Shown: positions 1 to 9,839, counted from the whole stretch's first letter. The stretch: 63,821 nt of DNA, filler included, from Chrysochromulina tobinii (GCA_001275005.1; 6 parts of 6 records of this genome joined end to end with filler, not necessarily neighbours in it), one strand, 5' to 3'. Numbers and translations: made by a program. Notes: generated from the sequence alone by a model not told the origin.

Positions 1-1
1 A

Positions 2-3000
2 CTTGGCGCGCTTGACGGCGACGGGCTTGTGGCGCAGCCAGAGCGGCAGCGCCTCGGGCCGCAGCGACGACAGCGCATCCGCGGTGAAAACGTTGCCGTA
101 GCCGCCGCTGCCGATGAGCCGCTGCTCTCCAAAGCCGTCCGTCGCCGCCGCAAGCTCGGCGAGCGTGAGGGCGACAGCTGCAGGCGGCACCGAGGGTGCC
201 TCCGGGGCCTCCGATGCCCGCGCCGCTTCTGCGGATGCTGAGCCTGTGGCAGGCGGCGACTGTGTGACCTCGTGCAGCGACAGCTTCGACAGGCTGGCTT
301 GCATCTTCATCTCCGCCGCGTGCTTGCGACGCAGCTTCTGGCTCTCCTGCTTGCGCTTCTTGTGCAAGCGCTCGCGCATCGCCCTCGCCTCCGCCAACAC
401 ACCCTCGCTCGCGAGTGCGTGGTGCTCCTCGATCGCCCCGACCAGGCCCTCGTACTGCGCGGCCGCCATGGCCACTCGCAGCGCCTCGTCGGCGGTGGCA
501 GAAGTAGCAGGAGGACACACGCCGTCCTCGTCGCCAGCCGCCGCCGACACCTCGTCGTCCGCCTCGGCGCTGCCACTCGCGGCCGCTGACGCACTCGCTA
601 CCGGCGCTCTCGCCTCGCTCGCCCCTGGCTGCTTGGCTTTGGCTTTCTTGCTCGCTTTCTTCGTGTGCGCCTGCTGCTTGTGCGCAGCCTCCGCCTCCTC
701 CTCAGCCAGCAGAGCCGCAGCGGCAAGCTCGGCTGCCCGCTCGGCTGCCGCACGCTCCGCACGCTCCGCACGCTCCGCACTCGACACTGGAGCGACCGCA
801 GCGATCGTCGCAGGTGCGCGGCCCCTGCTGCGCAGAAATCTTGCGATGACGGTGTGGCCTTGGGCCTCTGCGACATCGAGGGCTGTGCCCGCAGCGACTC
901 GCAAGTCGGTGCGTGCGCCAGCATGCACGAGCAGCTTGACTATGTCGTCGTGGCCTTTCTTGCAGGCGGTGTGCAGAGGCGTGGCGCCCTTGCGGTCTGA
1001 CTGGTTGACGGCGGCGTGGGCGGCGAGCAGCAGCCGCACGCAGCCGCCGTGCCCTTTGATGCATGCGATGAGCAGAGGCGTGCTGCCGTTGCTGGTTGCC
1101 TGGTCGACGACGGCGTGGGCGGCGAGCAGCAGCTGCACGCAGTCGCCTTCGCCTTTGTTGCAGGCGGCGATCAGAGGCGTGGTACCGTTGCGGTCTGCCT
1201 GGTTGACGGCGGCGTGGGCGGCGAGCAGCAGCTGCACGCAGCCGCCGTCGCCTTTGTTGCAAGCGATGAGCAGAGGCGTCATGCCGTTGCTGGTTGCCTG
1301 GTCGACGGCGGCGTGGGCGGCGAGCAGCAGCCGCACGCAGTCGCCGTCGCCTTTGATGCAGGCGTTGATCAGAGCCGTGAGGCCGTTGCGGTCCGCCTGG
1401 TCGATGACGGCGTGGGCGGCGAGCAGCAGCTGCACGCAGTCGCCGTCGCCTTTGTCGCAGGCGGCCATCAGAGGCGTGGTGCCTTTGCTATCCGCCTGGT
1501 CGACGGCAGCGTGGGCGCCGAGCAGCAGCCGCACGCAGTCGCCGTCGCCTTTGATGCAGGCGGCGTGCAGAGGCGTGGCGCCGTTGCTGGCTGCCTGGTC
1601 GACGGCGGCGTGGGCGGCGAGCAGCAGCTGCACGCAGCCGCCATCGCCTTTGCTGCAGGCGTAGATCAGAGGCGTGGCGCCATCACTGGCTGCGTGGTCG
1701 ACGGCGGCGTGGGCGCCGAGCAGCAGCTGCACGCAGCCGCCGTCGCATTTGTCGCAGGCAGCGAACAGAGGCGTGACGCCTTTGATGTTTGCCTGGTCGA
1801 CGGCGGCGTGGGCGGCGAGCAGCAGCCGCACGCAGTCGCCGTGCCCTTTGTCGCAGGCAGCGTAGAGAGGCGTGGTGCCGCTGCTGTCTGCCTGGTCGAT
1901 GACGGCGTGGGCGGCGAGCAGCAGCCGCGCGCAGTCGCCGTCGCCTTTGATGCAGGCGTAGATCAGAGGCGTGGCGCCGCTGATGTCTGCCTGGTCGACG
2001 GCGGCGTGGGCGGCGAGCAGCAGCCGCACGCAGCCGCCGTCGTATTTGTTGCAGGCGACGATCAGAGGCGTGAGGCCGTTGCTATCTGCCTGGTGGACGG
2101 CGGCGTGGGCAGCGAGCAGCAGCTGCACGCAGCTGTCATCGCCTTTGAGGCAGGCGGCGAGCAGAGGCGTGGTGCCGTCACAGGCTGCCTGGTCGACGGC
2201 GGCGTGGGCGGCGAGCAGCAGCCGCACGCAGCCGCCGTGGCCTTTGTCGCAGGCGGCGATCAGAGGCGTGCGGCCGTTGCTGCCTGCCTGGTCGATGACG
2301 GCGTGGGCGGCGAGCAGCAGCTGCACGCAGTCGCCGTCGCCTTTGATGCAGGCGGCCATCAGAGGCGTGGTGCCGTTGCTGTCTGCCTGGTCGACGGCGG
2401 CGTGGGCGGCGAGCACGAGCTGCACGCAGTCGCCGTCGCCTTTGATGCAGGCGGCGAGCAGAGGCGTGACGCCGTTGCTGGCGGCCTGGTCGACGGCGGC
2501 GTGGGCGGCGAGAAGCAGCCGCACGCAGATGCTGTCGCCTTTGATGCAGGCGGCGTGCAGAGGTGTGCCGCCGTCGCTGTCTGCCTGGTCGACGGCAGCG
2601 TGGGCGCCGAGCAGCAGCCGCACGCAGTCGCCGTCGCCTTTGATGCAGGCGGCGTGCAGAGGCGTGACGCCGTCGCTGTCGGCCTGGTCGACGGCGGCGT
2701 GGGCGGCGAGCAGCAGCTGCACGCAGTCGCCGTGGCCTTTTTCGCAGGCGGCGAACAGAGGCGTGCCGCCTTCGCGGTCTGCCTGGTCGACGGCGGCGTG
2801 GGCGGCGAGCAGCAGCTGCACACAGTCGCCGTGGCCTTTGTCGCAGGCGGCGATCAGAGGCGTGGTACCGTCTCTGTCTGCCTGGTCGACGTTGGCATGG
2901 GCGGCGAGCAGCAGCCTTGTGCACTTAGGGTGACCTGTCTCACATGCACTTAGCAGGCAACGGCCGAGGTGGGCCGCTCCTTCGACGCTGTCGATGAAGC

Positions 3001-3073
3001 CCACGGCCGTGGCCTCGTCGCCGCAATGGAGCGCGACGACCATCGCGTGGGCCGTCTCGATGCTGCCACTCAT
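2..3073 (-). CDS. Ankyrin-repeat (20 TPL-type repeats plus caps) protein fused to an IRAK/Pelle/RLK-like Ser/Thr kinase; 3'-partial, runs off the window start
   Basis: Not in the ORF track because it has no stop in the window. ATG at 3073 reads MSGSIETAHAMVVALHCGDEATAVGF..., then 99-nt repeats DQADxxGxTPLxxACxKGxGDCVQLLLAAHAAV, an Ala/Lys-rich linker, then LTLAELAAATDGFGEQRLIGSGGYGNVF...KPVAVKRAK (Gly-rich loop and VAVK lysine) at about 170-2. Confidence 0.9.
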   Translation of the reverse strand, partial: MSGSIETAHAMVVALHCGDEATAVGFIDSVEGAAHLGRCLLSACETGHPKCTRLLLAAHANVDQADRDGTTPLIAACDKGHGDCVQLLLAAHAAVDQADREGGTPLFAACEKGHGDCVQLLLAAHAAVDQADSDGVTPLHAACIKGDGDCVRLLLGAHAAVDQADSDGGTPLHAACIKGDSICVRLLLAAHAAVDQAASNGVTPLLAACIKGDGDCVQLVLAAHAAVDQADSNGTTPLMAACIKGDGDCVQLLLAAHAVIDQAGSNGRTPLIAACDKGHGGCVRLLLAAHAAVDQAACDGTTPLLAACLKGDDSCVQLLLAAHAAVHQADSNGLTPLIVACNKYDGGCVRLLLAAHAAVDQADISGATPLIYACIKGDGDCARLLLAAHAVIDQADSSGTTPLYAACDKGHGDCVRLLLAAHAAVDQANIKGVTPLFAACDKCDGGCVQLLLGAHAAVDHAASDGATPLIYACSKGDGGCVQLLLAAHAAVDQAASNGATPLHAACIKGDGDCVRLLLGAHAAVDQADSKGTTPLMAACDKGDGDCVQLLLAAHAVIDQADRNGLTALINACIKGDGDCVRLLLAAHAAVDQATSNGMTPLLIACNKGDGGCVQLLLAAHAAVNQADRNGTTPLIAACNKGEGDCVQLLLAAHAVVDQATSNGSTPLLIACIKGHGGCVRLLLAAHAAVNQSDRKGATPLHTACKKGHDDIVKLLVHAGARTDLRVAAGTALDVAEAQGHTVIARFLRSRGRAPATIAAVAPVSSAERAERAERAAAERAAELAAAALLAEEEAEAAHKQQAHTKKASKKAKAKQPGASEARAPVASASAAASGSAEADDEVSAAAGDEDGVCPPATSATADEALRVAMAAAQYEGLVGAIEEHHALASEGVLAEARAMRERLHKKRKQESQKLRRKHAAEMKMQASLSKLSLHEVTQSPPATGSASAEAARASEAPEAPSVPPAAVALTLAELAAATDGFGEQRLIGSGGYGNVFTADALSSLRPEALPLWLRHKPVAVKRAK
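930..2915 (-). repeat. Coding tandem array of 20 x 99-nt ankyrin repeats
   Basis: AGAGGCGTG (reverse complement of the TPL codons) or a close variant recurs every 99 nt from about 976 to about 2857. Confidence 0.95.
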
Positions 3074-3237
3074 GACGGAGTTTAGGTTCTTAGAATGGAA
3101 AAACTCCGAGAGAACTCGGCGAGAGAAGAAAAAAGTCTCTTTAGGTACCGAAGTTTGATGTCTGTTCTCCTATGTACCTGTGCACTGAAAGAACACTTTT
3201 ACGATTTTCGCGGCTCGGCGCTTCCGATCGAGTGCCG

Positions 3238-6200
3238 ATGCGGGCCGCCTCGGTTCTCACCATGCTCCTGATCCAGCACGCACACGGAGCTGCCGTGACG
3301 ACGCCGCGAGTCCGTCGCGTTCCCACCTTGACCCGTGCAGAGGTCGCTCCGCCGCTCACCTCGAAGCGTGCGCCCGAGATCGTGCTCGCGACACTCGACG
3401 GAGGGCAGTTCAATAGCACCGCCTCGCTGAGCCGACCGGTGCTCTTCAACGTGTACGATCCAACGTCCGGCTTCAGCACGTGCCTCTGGCAGTGCAACCA
3501 GTCCATCGACGAGCTCATCAAACGCGCGGGGCCCAAGGGCTCGCCACTCGGGACTGCGCCGAGCTCCAACTTGGTCTTCTTGTCTTACGACGCAGCGGCC
3601 ACCGACGACGTGGCGGCGCTCTCGGCGCTCATCAACGGCCGGCTCGACGCTCTCAACGTCACCGATCCGGCCATGCGTGCCGAGTGGGCTGCCCGGCTAT
3701 TCTTCGCGACCGCGCCGGCGACGGACGCGGCACCGCTCGCTGCGACACTCTCGGCTTGGCCGACGACGACCGACGAGATCGTCCTCTCCAACGGCACGCT
3801 CAACACGACGCTTCCGCGGCTCGACCCACGCTACGATTGGATTGGCTGGGCGTTCGACCCGTCGCAGCTCGGCGGGCCGCTCCCGCTTGCCTACCTGGGC
3901 GATGGGTGTGTCGATCGGGCGCTCAACACGACGCTGCCGAACCTGGCGGGCCTAGTCGCTCTGGTCTTCAACGAGACGTCGTATGGTGCGGGGCACACGC
4001 GACCAGATGCATGCTGATTGCATGCTGATTGCATGCTGATTGCATGCTGATTGCGTCCCTCATCAGGTGCGGGGCACACGACGTGCTCGTACTTTAGGAT
4101 GGTGGAGACGGCCATGGCGACCAACGCGTCCGCCCTCATCGTCGTCGCCTCGCCCGGCCTGCCACCCATCGACATGAACTGTGAAGGTGCGGCACAGTGC
4201 AACAACGTCAACGTCGGCTTGCCTGCGACGATGGTCAGTGCTACTGCCGGTCAGACGTTGTACGACGCGATCAACGCGACGGCGGCGACGGGGTCGGCCG
4301 CCTATGTCACCTTCACGACCGCGGTCTCGCGCGGCAGGAACGCGGGCATCTCGGCCGCCGGAGATTGGATCCAGATTTGGGGAGGGTCGGGGGCAGGCGC
4401 GTCCAGCCCGGCCCTCGACCTCGCTGCTGATTGCATTCCGATTGCATTCCGATTGCATGCTGATTGCATGCTGATTGCATGCTGATTGCATGCTGATTGC
4501 ATGCTGATTGCATGCTGATTGAATGCTGATTGCCTCCCTCATCAGGTGCGACTAGCCCGGCTGGCGGTGTGGACGGCAACCCAGGTGACCCCAGCTGCCT
4601 TCTGTACCCGCGGATGAGTTTCATTGCCTGGGCGGGGCGCTTTGAGATCTATCGGCAAGCGCTCGCCGCCAATGTGGCCGCGCGCCCGGCAGGCTCGATG
4701 TCTCTCACGCTCTTTCGGAACGAAAGCATTCGCCCCTTATTAGGCGACTGCTATGCGTCTCCGCCGTGGGGATGCGGACCGAGCGTACAGCTGCAGGTGC
4801 CGCCGCTGCCCCATCAAGGGAGCCTGCAGCTCGACCTCGCGCTCGGATGCGCGGGCGACACCGACGTGACGTGTGAGCAGTGGGACTACGTGGTGCAGCT
4901 GCGCGCCTGCTGCCTGCCTTCCGGCCTGAGCGCCATCCTGAGCGCTGCTAGTGCGGCTGGCGTCGAAGGTCCGCAGTGCGACGCACAGAGCGGCAGCGAG
5001 ATTGGGCGATGGATCACCTCGTTCTCACGCGGTGTCGGGCGCTGGCACACGGACGTGACGGCGCTCGCACCGGTGCTCACCGGCCGCTGGTGCAACTTCA
5101 CCATGTACACGGTGCCGTGGGAGGGTAACCAGGGATTGATACCGTGGATTGCGACTCTCTCGCTCGTGGTGCTGACGGTGCCGGCTGCGCCGCCGCCGCC
5201 GCCGATGCCGCCAATGCCGCCGATGCTCGCCCTGCCGATACTCGCCCCCGCCACCAGCGCCACCGCCGCCACCGCCCCCGCCACCATCGCCACCGCCCCC
5301 ACCGCCACCATCGCCACCGCTCCCATCGCCTCTACCGCCGTCTTTTCCCCCATCCCCACCGCCACGTCCCTCGCCTCCACGTCCACAGCCGGTGCGACTC
5401 AGGGCACGCCCGTCGTGTATCAGCCGTGGGGCGCCGTGAGCTCAAATCTGGGCGGCATCGAGAGTGTGTTCCAATGGATCTTCTTCAACCAGTCCTACAA
5501 CGCACTCTTCCCGCCCTTTGCCTTCTCCGTGCCCAACGGTAGCAAGGTGCTGCTCATGGCGACGATCACTGGGCATGGGAACGATAACAATGGCTGCGGC
5601 GAGTTCTGCGCGACAGAACATCGCTTCTCGGTCAACGCGCAGCCGGCGCACGTCAAGCGCCAGCTGCTGCCCATCACGGACCCGCAGCTGGGTTGTGCCG
5701 ACGAGGTCGACACGGGCGTGACGCCGAATGAGTACGGCACGTGGCTCTACGGTCGCAACGGCTGGTGCAACGGACGGGAGGTGGTGCCGTGGGTCATCGA
5801 CCTGAGCGACGACATAGGGCTCACAGGTGAGGCGGCGTTGATTGCCCCTGATGGCCTGCCTTGCATGCAAGTGCTCACCACAGCGCTGGGCTCACAGGTG
5901 AGGCGGTCATCACCTACGAGGGCCTCTGGTGCCCCAATGCCAGCTCCTGTGTGCAGCCGAACCCGGGCCCTCCGGACGAGTGGTCACAGGTACGTTGATT
6001 GCCCCTGATGACCTGCCTTGCATGCAAGTGCTCACCACAGCGCTGGCCCTCCGAACGAGTGGTCACAGGCTATGCCGGTCATGATGCTCAGCGTCTACTT
6101 GATCGTGACGCCGCCGGCGGCTCCACCCGCGCCTTCCTCGCCCGCGCTGCCGCTCGCCGTCATCCTCTCGGCGAGCCTCGGTGGTGCTCTTGGGCTTGCT

Positions 6201-6419
6201 CTGCTCACCGCCCTGCTGGCCCTCTACTGGCACCGCACGCGGCGCGCCAAAAAGGCGAGCGCCGCGGGGCCCCGCGAGGCACTGCTACCGGTGGAGGCGC
6301 TTCTGACGGCGCCGGTCGTCGAGGATTATCAGCTTGCCGAGGACGGCCCCGGCGGCCGTGGCTTCCCGGGCCGCAAGGTGTCGCTCGAGCGATTGAGCAG
6401 CTTTGATGAGGTGGACTGA
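3238..6419 (+). CDS. Membrane-anchored PA-domain + peptide-N-glycosidase F-like protein; exons 3238-3985, 4067-4396, 4546-5826, 5898-5989, 6069-6419
   Basis: Signal-peptide-like MRAASVLTMLLIQHAHG. PA-like CSYFRMVETAMATNASALIVV...LPATMVS. PNGase F-like motifs CEQWDY, EIGRWITSFSR, ITGHGNDNNGCGEFC and PNEYGTWLYGRNGWCNG. C-terminal hydrophobic helix. Four introns join the ORF pieces in frame. Confidence 0.85.
3986..4066 (+). other. GT-AG intron (81 nt) with target-site duplication and (CTGATTGCATG)n filler
   Basis: GGTGCGGGGCACACG at 3985-3999 and 4066-4080; ends CTGATTGCGTCCCTCATCAG; splicing gives SYGAGHTTCSYF. Confidence 0.9.
4397..4545 (+). other. GC-AG intron (149 nt) with degenerate target-site duplication and (CTGATTGCATG)n filler
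   Basis: Intron start GCGCGTCCAGCCCGGC versus next exon GTGCGACTAGCCCGGC; ends CTGATTGCCTCCCTCATCAG; splicing gives WGGSGAGATSPAGG. Confidence 0.8.
5827..5897 (+). other. GT-AG intron (71 nt): 52-nt core between 19-nt direct repeats
   Basis: GGGCTCACAGGTGAGGCGG at 5817-5835 and 5888-5906; splicing gives IGLTGEAVITYEG. Confidence 0.9.
5990..6068 (+). other. GT-AG intron (79 nt): the same 52-nt core between 25-nt direct repeats
   Basis: GGCCCTCCGRACGAGTGGTCACAGG at 5966-5990 and 6045-6069; splicing gives PPDEWSQAMPVMML. Confidence 0.9.
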
Positions 6420-6924
6420 CAAGTTTCGAGGGAGCTTGATCTACACGAGATGTGTGCGCAAGTGTGTGGCGTCGGCGACGTGGTGTGTGCGCCGAGTTTT
6501 ACTTGTGTGAAACTCGTCTCGTGAGACGTGAACACACGACGACGACTCCACATACGGCATATGTACACCTCCACACAGAGACCCTGGTGCAGACTCACAC
6601 CCGACCCTGCGATGCCTAATGAAAGTGGTCGTCGTGCGTGTGCCGTGTCCGGGAGTCGTCGTGTCAGACAGGGACACATAGTTAACGTCCTGCAGACAGA
6701 AACCCTGTAGGGGACCCTTCGGTATTGATATTTCGTCATGTCTTTCTGAAACAAAAGACGACAAAAGACAGGTCCAGAATGTGGTAGGATCGTAGGAACA
6801 TCAAAGGCCCATCAAAGGTTAGGACCCATCAAAGTAGGTTAGGACCCTTAACCCATGGAGCACGGTGCCCTGGCTGCGCATCACTGACACTGTCCTACTT
6901 AGTTTCCTTGTATACTACGGCTGA

Positions 6925-7262
6925 CCACGCGAAACAAGACTCAAGACTCAAGACTAAAGACTCGAGGGGGGTGTCTTGAGTCATCAAACCAGCGAGTCTC
7001 GAGTCTCGAGTCTTGTGGTATATAGTTAGTCACGTAGTCACGAAACAAGACTCACTCGTGACTGAGTCCCGAGTCCTACCCGAGTCCTGAATCCTCTGGT
7101 ATGATTGACATCTTCTGTGTGAGTTCAGTCCCGACTCCCAAGTTCTTGTATCTTGAACTTTCAACAAGGACTTTCAACTTATGTACTCTTGAGTCCTAAC
7201 ACACCGGTACTGTAAGTCTTTCATCCTGAGTCTTTAATCTTGTGTCTTGTGATGAGTTCAGT
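6925..7262. repeat. AT-richer patch dense in GACTC/GAGTC words in both orientations; possible transposon subterminal repeats
   Basis: AAGACTCAAGACTCAAGACT, GAGTCTCGAGTCTCGAGTCT, two copies of CGAAACAAGACTCA and many GAGTCC/GAGTCT. Confidence 0.45.
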
Positions 7263-7434
7263 CACGACGGGCATTCACAATAACCTTCACAAGTTGAGAA
7301 AGGCATTCACGTTTTCCTTCGTGTTCACGCCTAACAATCATGCCGCCCTTCGGCAATACGGCAAAGTTTGCCGAGTGTGGGGGTCTGCTTCCTCTTGCTT
7401 GCTTGCTGCACCCCTCGAGGGTTTGAGGGTGTGA

Positions 7435-7512
7435 AAGCGACTGTGACGTGTGCGAGGTGTTGCCCTTCACGCTTTGAGTTTGGTCTGTGCGTGTTGGTGT
7501 GTAGTGAATGAA
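7435..7512 (-). repeat. Dispersed repeat, copy 1 (copy 2 at 53205-53291, + strand)
   Basis: 26-nt exact core CGTGAAGGGCAACACCTCGCACACGT plus similar flanks, shared with another contig. Confidence 0.75.
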
Positions 7513-7960
7513 ATCAACATGTGAAATCCAGCCCCTCTTTTCTCATTGTGAATGGGGGCTTCCACGCCGAGCGTGAGTGGGGGCGCCCGCGCCGGGCCGG
7601 TGAGCGCCTCCCACGCACGCCTTTTCGGGGCTTGTGGGTGTGTGTCTGGCCGAGTGGGTGTGTGTGCTGACGAGCAAACATCTCGTCTTCCCACAGCTCG
7701 CGGAAGCAGAAGTGCGTCCACAGCCATGGTAAGTGTCCTGTGGGGTGCTTCACTTCCGTGTGGTGGTTACAAAAAGTTGGGAAACCTCAGGGGGGGGCGT
7801 TGCCCCCCAGGGAGGGGGGGTGGCCTCCCCCGGAGGGGGGGGCCACTTAGGCCACGTGTTTAGGGGCCAGGTGTGTGTGTCTGCCTGAAACGAACGAACG
7901 AAGCCCGCGCCGGGCCGCCCCGAGGAAGGGGAAGGGGAGGAGAGTGTGAAATCCCTCGCG

Positions 7961-9698
7961 ATGGACGCGAGTGGCAGCGCGCGCGCCGAGGCCGTCGACG
8001 CGATGTTCGACGCGCTCCGTCGCGGTGACGAGGCCAAGGCCGTGGGCTTCATCGACAGGGTGACAGGAGCGGCCCACCTCGGCCTTTGCCTGCTTCGTGC
8101 ATGTGAGACTGGTCACCCTACGTGCACGAGGCTGCTGATCGCTGCCCACGCCGCCGTCGACCATGCAGACAGCAACGGCCTCACGCCTCTGCTCGCCGCC
8201 TGCATCAAAGGCGACGGCGGCTGCGTGCAGCTGCTGCTCGCCGCCCACGCCGCCGTCGACCAGGCAGACAGCAACGGCAAGACGCCTCTGATCGCCGCCT
8301 GCCTCAAAGGCGACGGCGACTGCACGCAGCTGCTGCTCGCCGCCCACGCTGTCGTCGACCAGGCAGACAGCAACGGCATCACGCCTCTGATCTTCGCATG
8401 CATCAAAGGCCGCGGCGTCTGCGTGCAGCTGCTGCTCGCCGCCCACGCCGCCGTCGACAAGGCAGGCAGCAACGGCCTCACGCCTCTGATGCAAGCCTGC
8501 TATGTAGGCCACGGCGACTGCGTGCAGCTGCTGCTCGCCGCCCACGCCGCCGTCGACCAGGCAACCAGCGACGGAGCCACGCCTCTGATCTACGCATGCA
8601 TCGAAGGCCGCAGGGACTGCGCGCAGCTGCTGCTCACCGCCCACGCCACCGTCGACCAGGCAGACCGCGACGGCGGCACGCCTCTGATCTACGCCTGTAT
8701 TTATGACCACGGCGACTGCGTGCGGCTGCTGCTCGCCGCCCACGCCGCCGTCGACCAGGCAGGCCGCAACGGCCGCACGCCTCTGAACCACGCCAGCCAT
8801 ATAGGCCACGGCGACATAGTCAAGCTGCTCGTGCATGCAGGCGCACGCACCGACTTGCGATGCGGTGCGGGCACAGCCCTCGATGTCGCAGAGGCCCGAG
8901 GCCACACCGCCATCGCAAGATTCCTGCGCAGCAGGGGCCGCGCACCTGCGACGATCGCTGCGGTCGCTCCGGTGTCGAGTGCGGAGCATGCGGCAGCCGA
9001 GCGGGCAGCCGAGCTTGCCGCTGCGGCTCTGCTGGCTGAGGAGGAGGCCGAGGCTGCGCACACGAAGAAAGCCAAAGCCAAGCAGGCAGGGGCGAGCGAG
9101 GCGAGAGCGTCGGTAGCGAGTGCGTCAGCGGCCGCGAGTGGCAGCGCCGAGGCGGTCGACGCGATGGTCGACGCGCTCCGTCGCGGCGACGAGGCCAAGG
9201 CCGTGGGCTTCATCGACAGGGTGACAGGAGCGGCCCACCTCGGCCTTTGCCTGATTCGTGCATGTGAGACTGGTCACCCTACGTGCACGAGGCTGCTGAT
9301 CGCTGCCCACGCCGCCGTCGACCATGCAGACAGCGACGGCGGCACGCCTCTGATCTACGCATGCATCAAAGGCCGCGGGGCCTGCGCGCAGCTGCTGCTC
9401 GCCGCCCACGCCGCCGTCGACCAGGCAGACCGCGACGGCGGCACACCTCTGCACGCCGCCTGCATCAAAGGCGACGGCGACATAGTCAAGCTGCTCGTGC
9501 ATGCTGGCGCACGCACCGACTTGCGATTCGCTGCGGGCACAGCCCTCGATCTCGCAGAGGCCCACGGCCACACCGTCATCGCAACATTCCTGCGCAGCAG
9601 GGGCCGCGCGCCTGCGACGATCGCTGCGGTCGCTCCGGTGTCGAGTGCGGAGCGTGCGGCAGCCGAGCGGGCAGCCGAGCTTGCCGCTGCGGCTCTGC
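7961..9698 (+). CDS. Ankyrin-repeat protein, paralogue of 2-3073, with an internally duplicated cassette (7 + 2 TPL repeats); 3'-partial at the gap
   Basis: ORF 7946..9754 with ATG at 7961. Same N-cap (GDEAKAVGFID...AAHLGLC), repeats and C-cap (GTALDVAEARGHT) as the minus-strand gene; the cassette restarts at about 9135. Confidence 0.9.
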
Positions 9699-9798
9699 NN
9701 NNNNNNNNNNNNNNNNNNNNNNNNNNNNNNNNNNNNNNNNNNTTAATTAATTAANNNNNNNNNNNNNNNNNNNNNNNNNNNNNNNNNNNNNNNNNNNN
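9699..9798. other. Artificial contig spacer (also at 17988-18087, 29280-29379, 49368-49467, 55465-55564)
   Basis: Identical 44N + TTAATTAATTAA + 44N each time; the 12-mer has stops in all six frames. Confidence 0.97.
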
Positions 9799-9839
9799 TA
9801 GGGTTAGGGGTCAAAAGAGGAGAATGAGAGAAGAAATGA

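Noticed and set aside
114..2953. Long + strand ORFs (516, 645 and 320 aa) and many other long overlapping ORFs in the window
   Set aside because: Antisense or alternative-frame shadows of GC-rich real genes; only one frame carries recognisable motifs.
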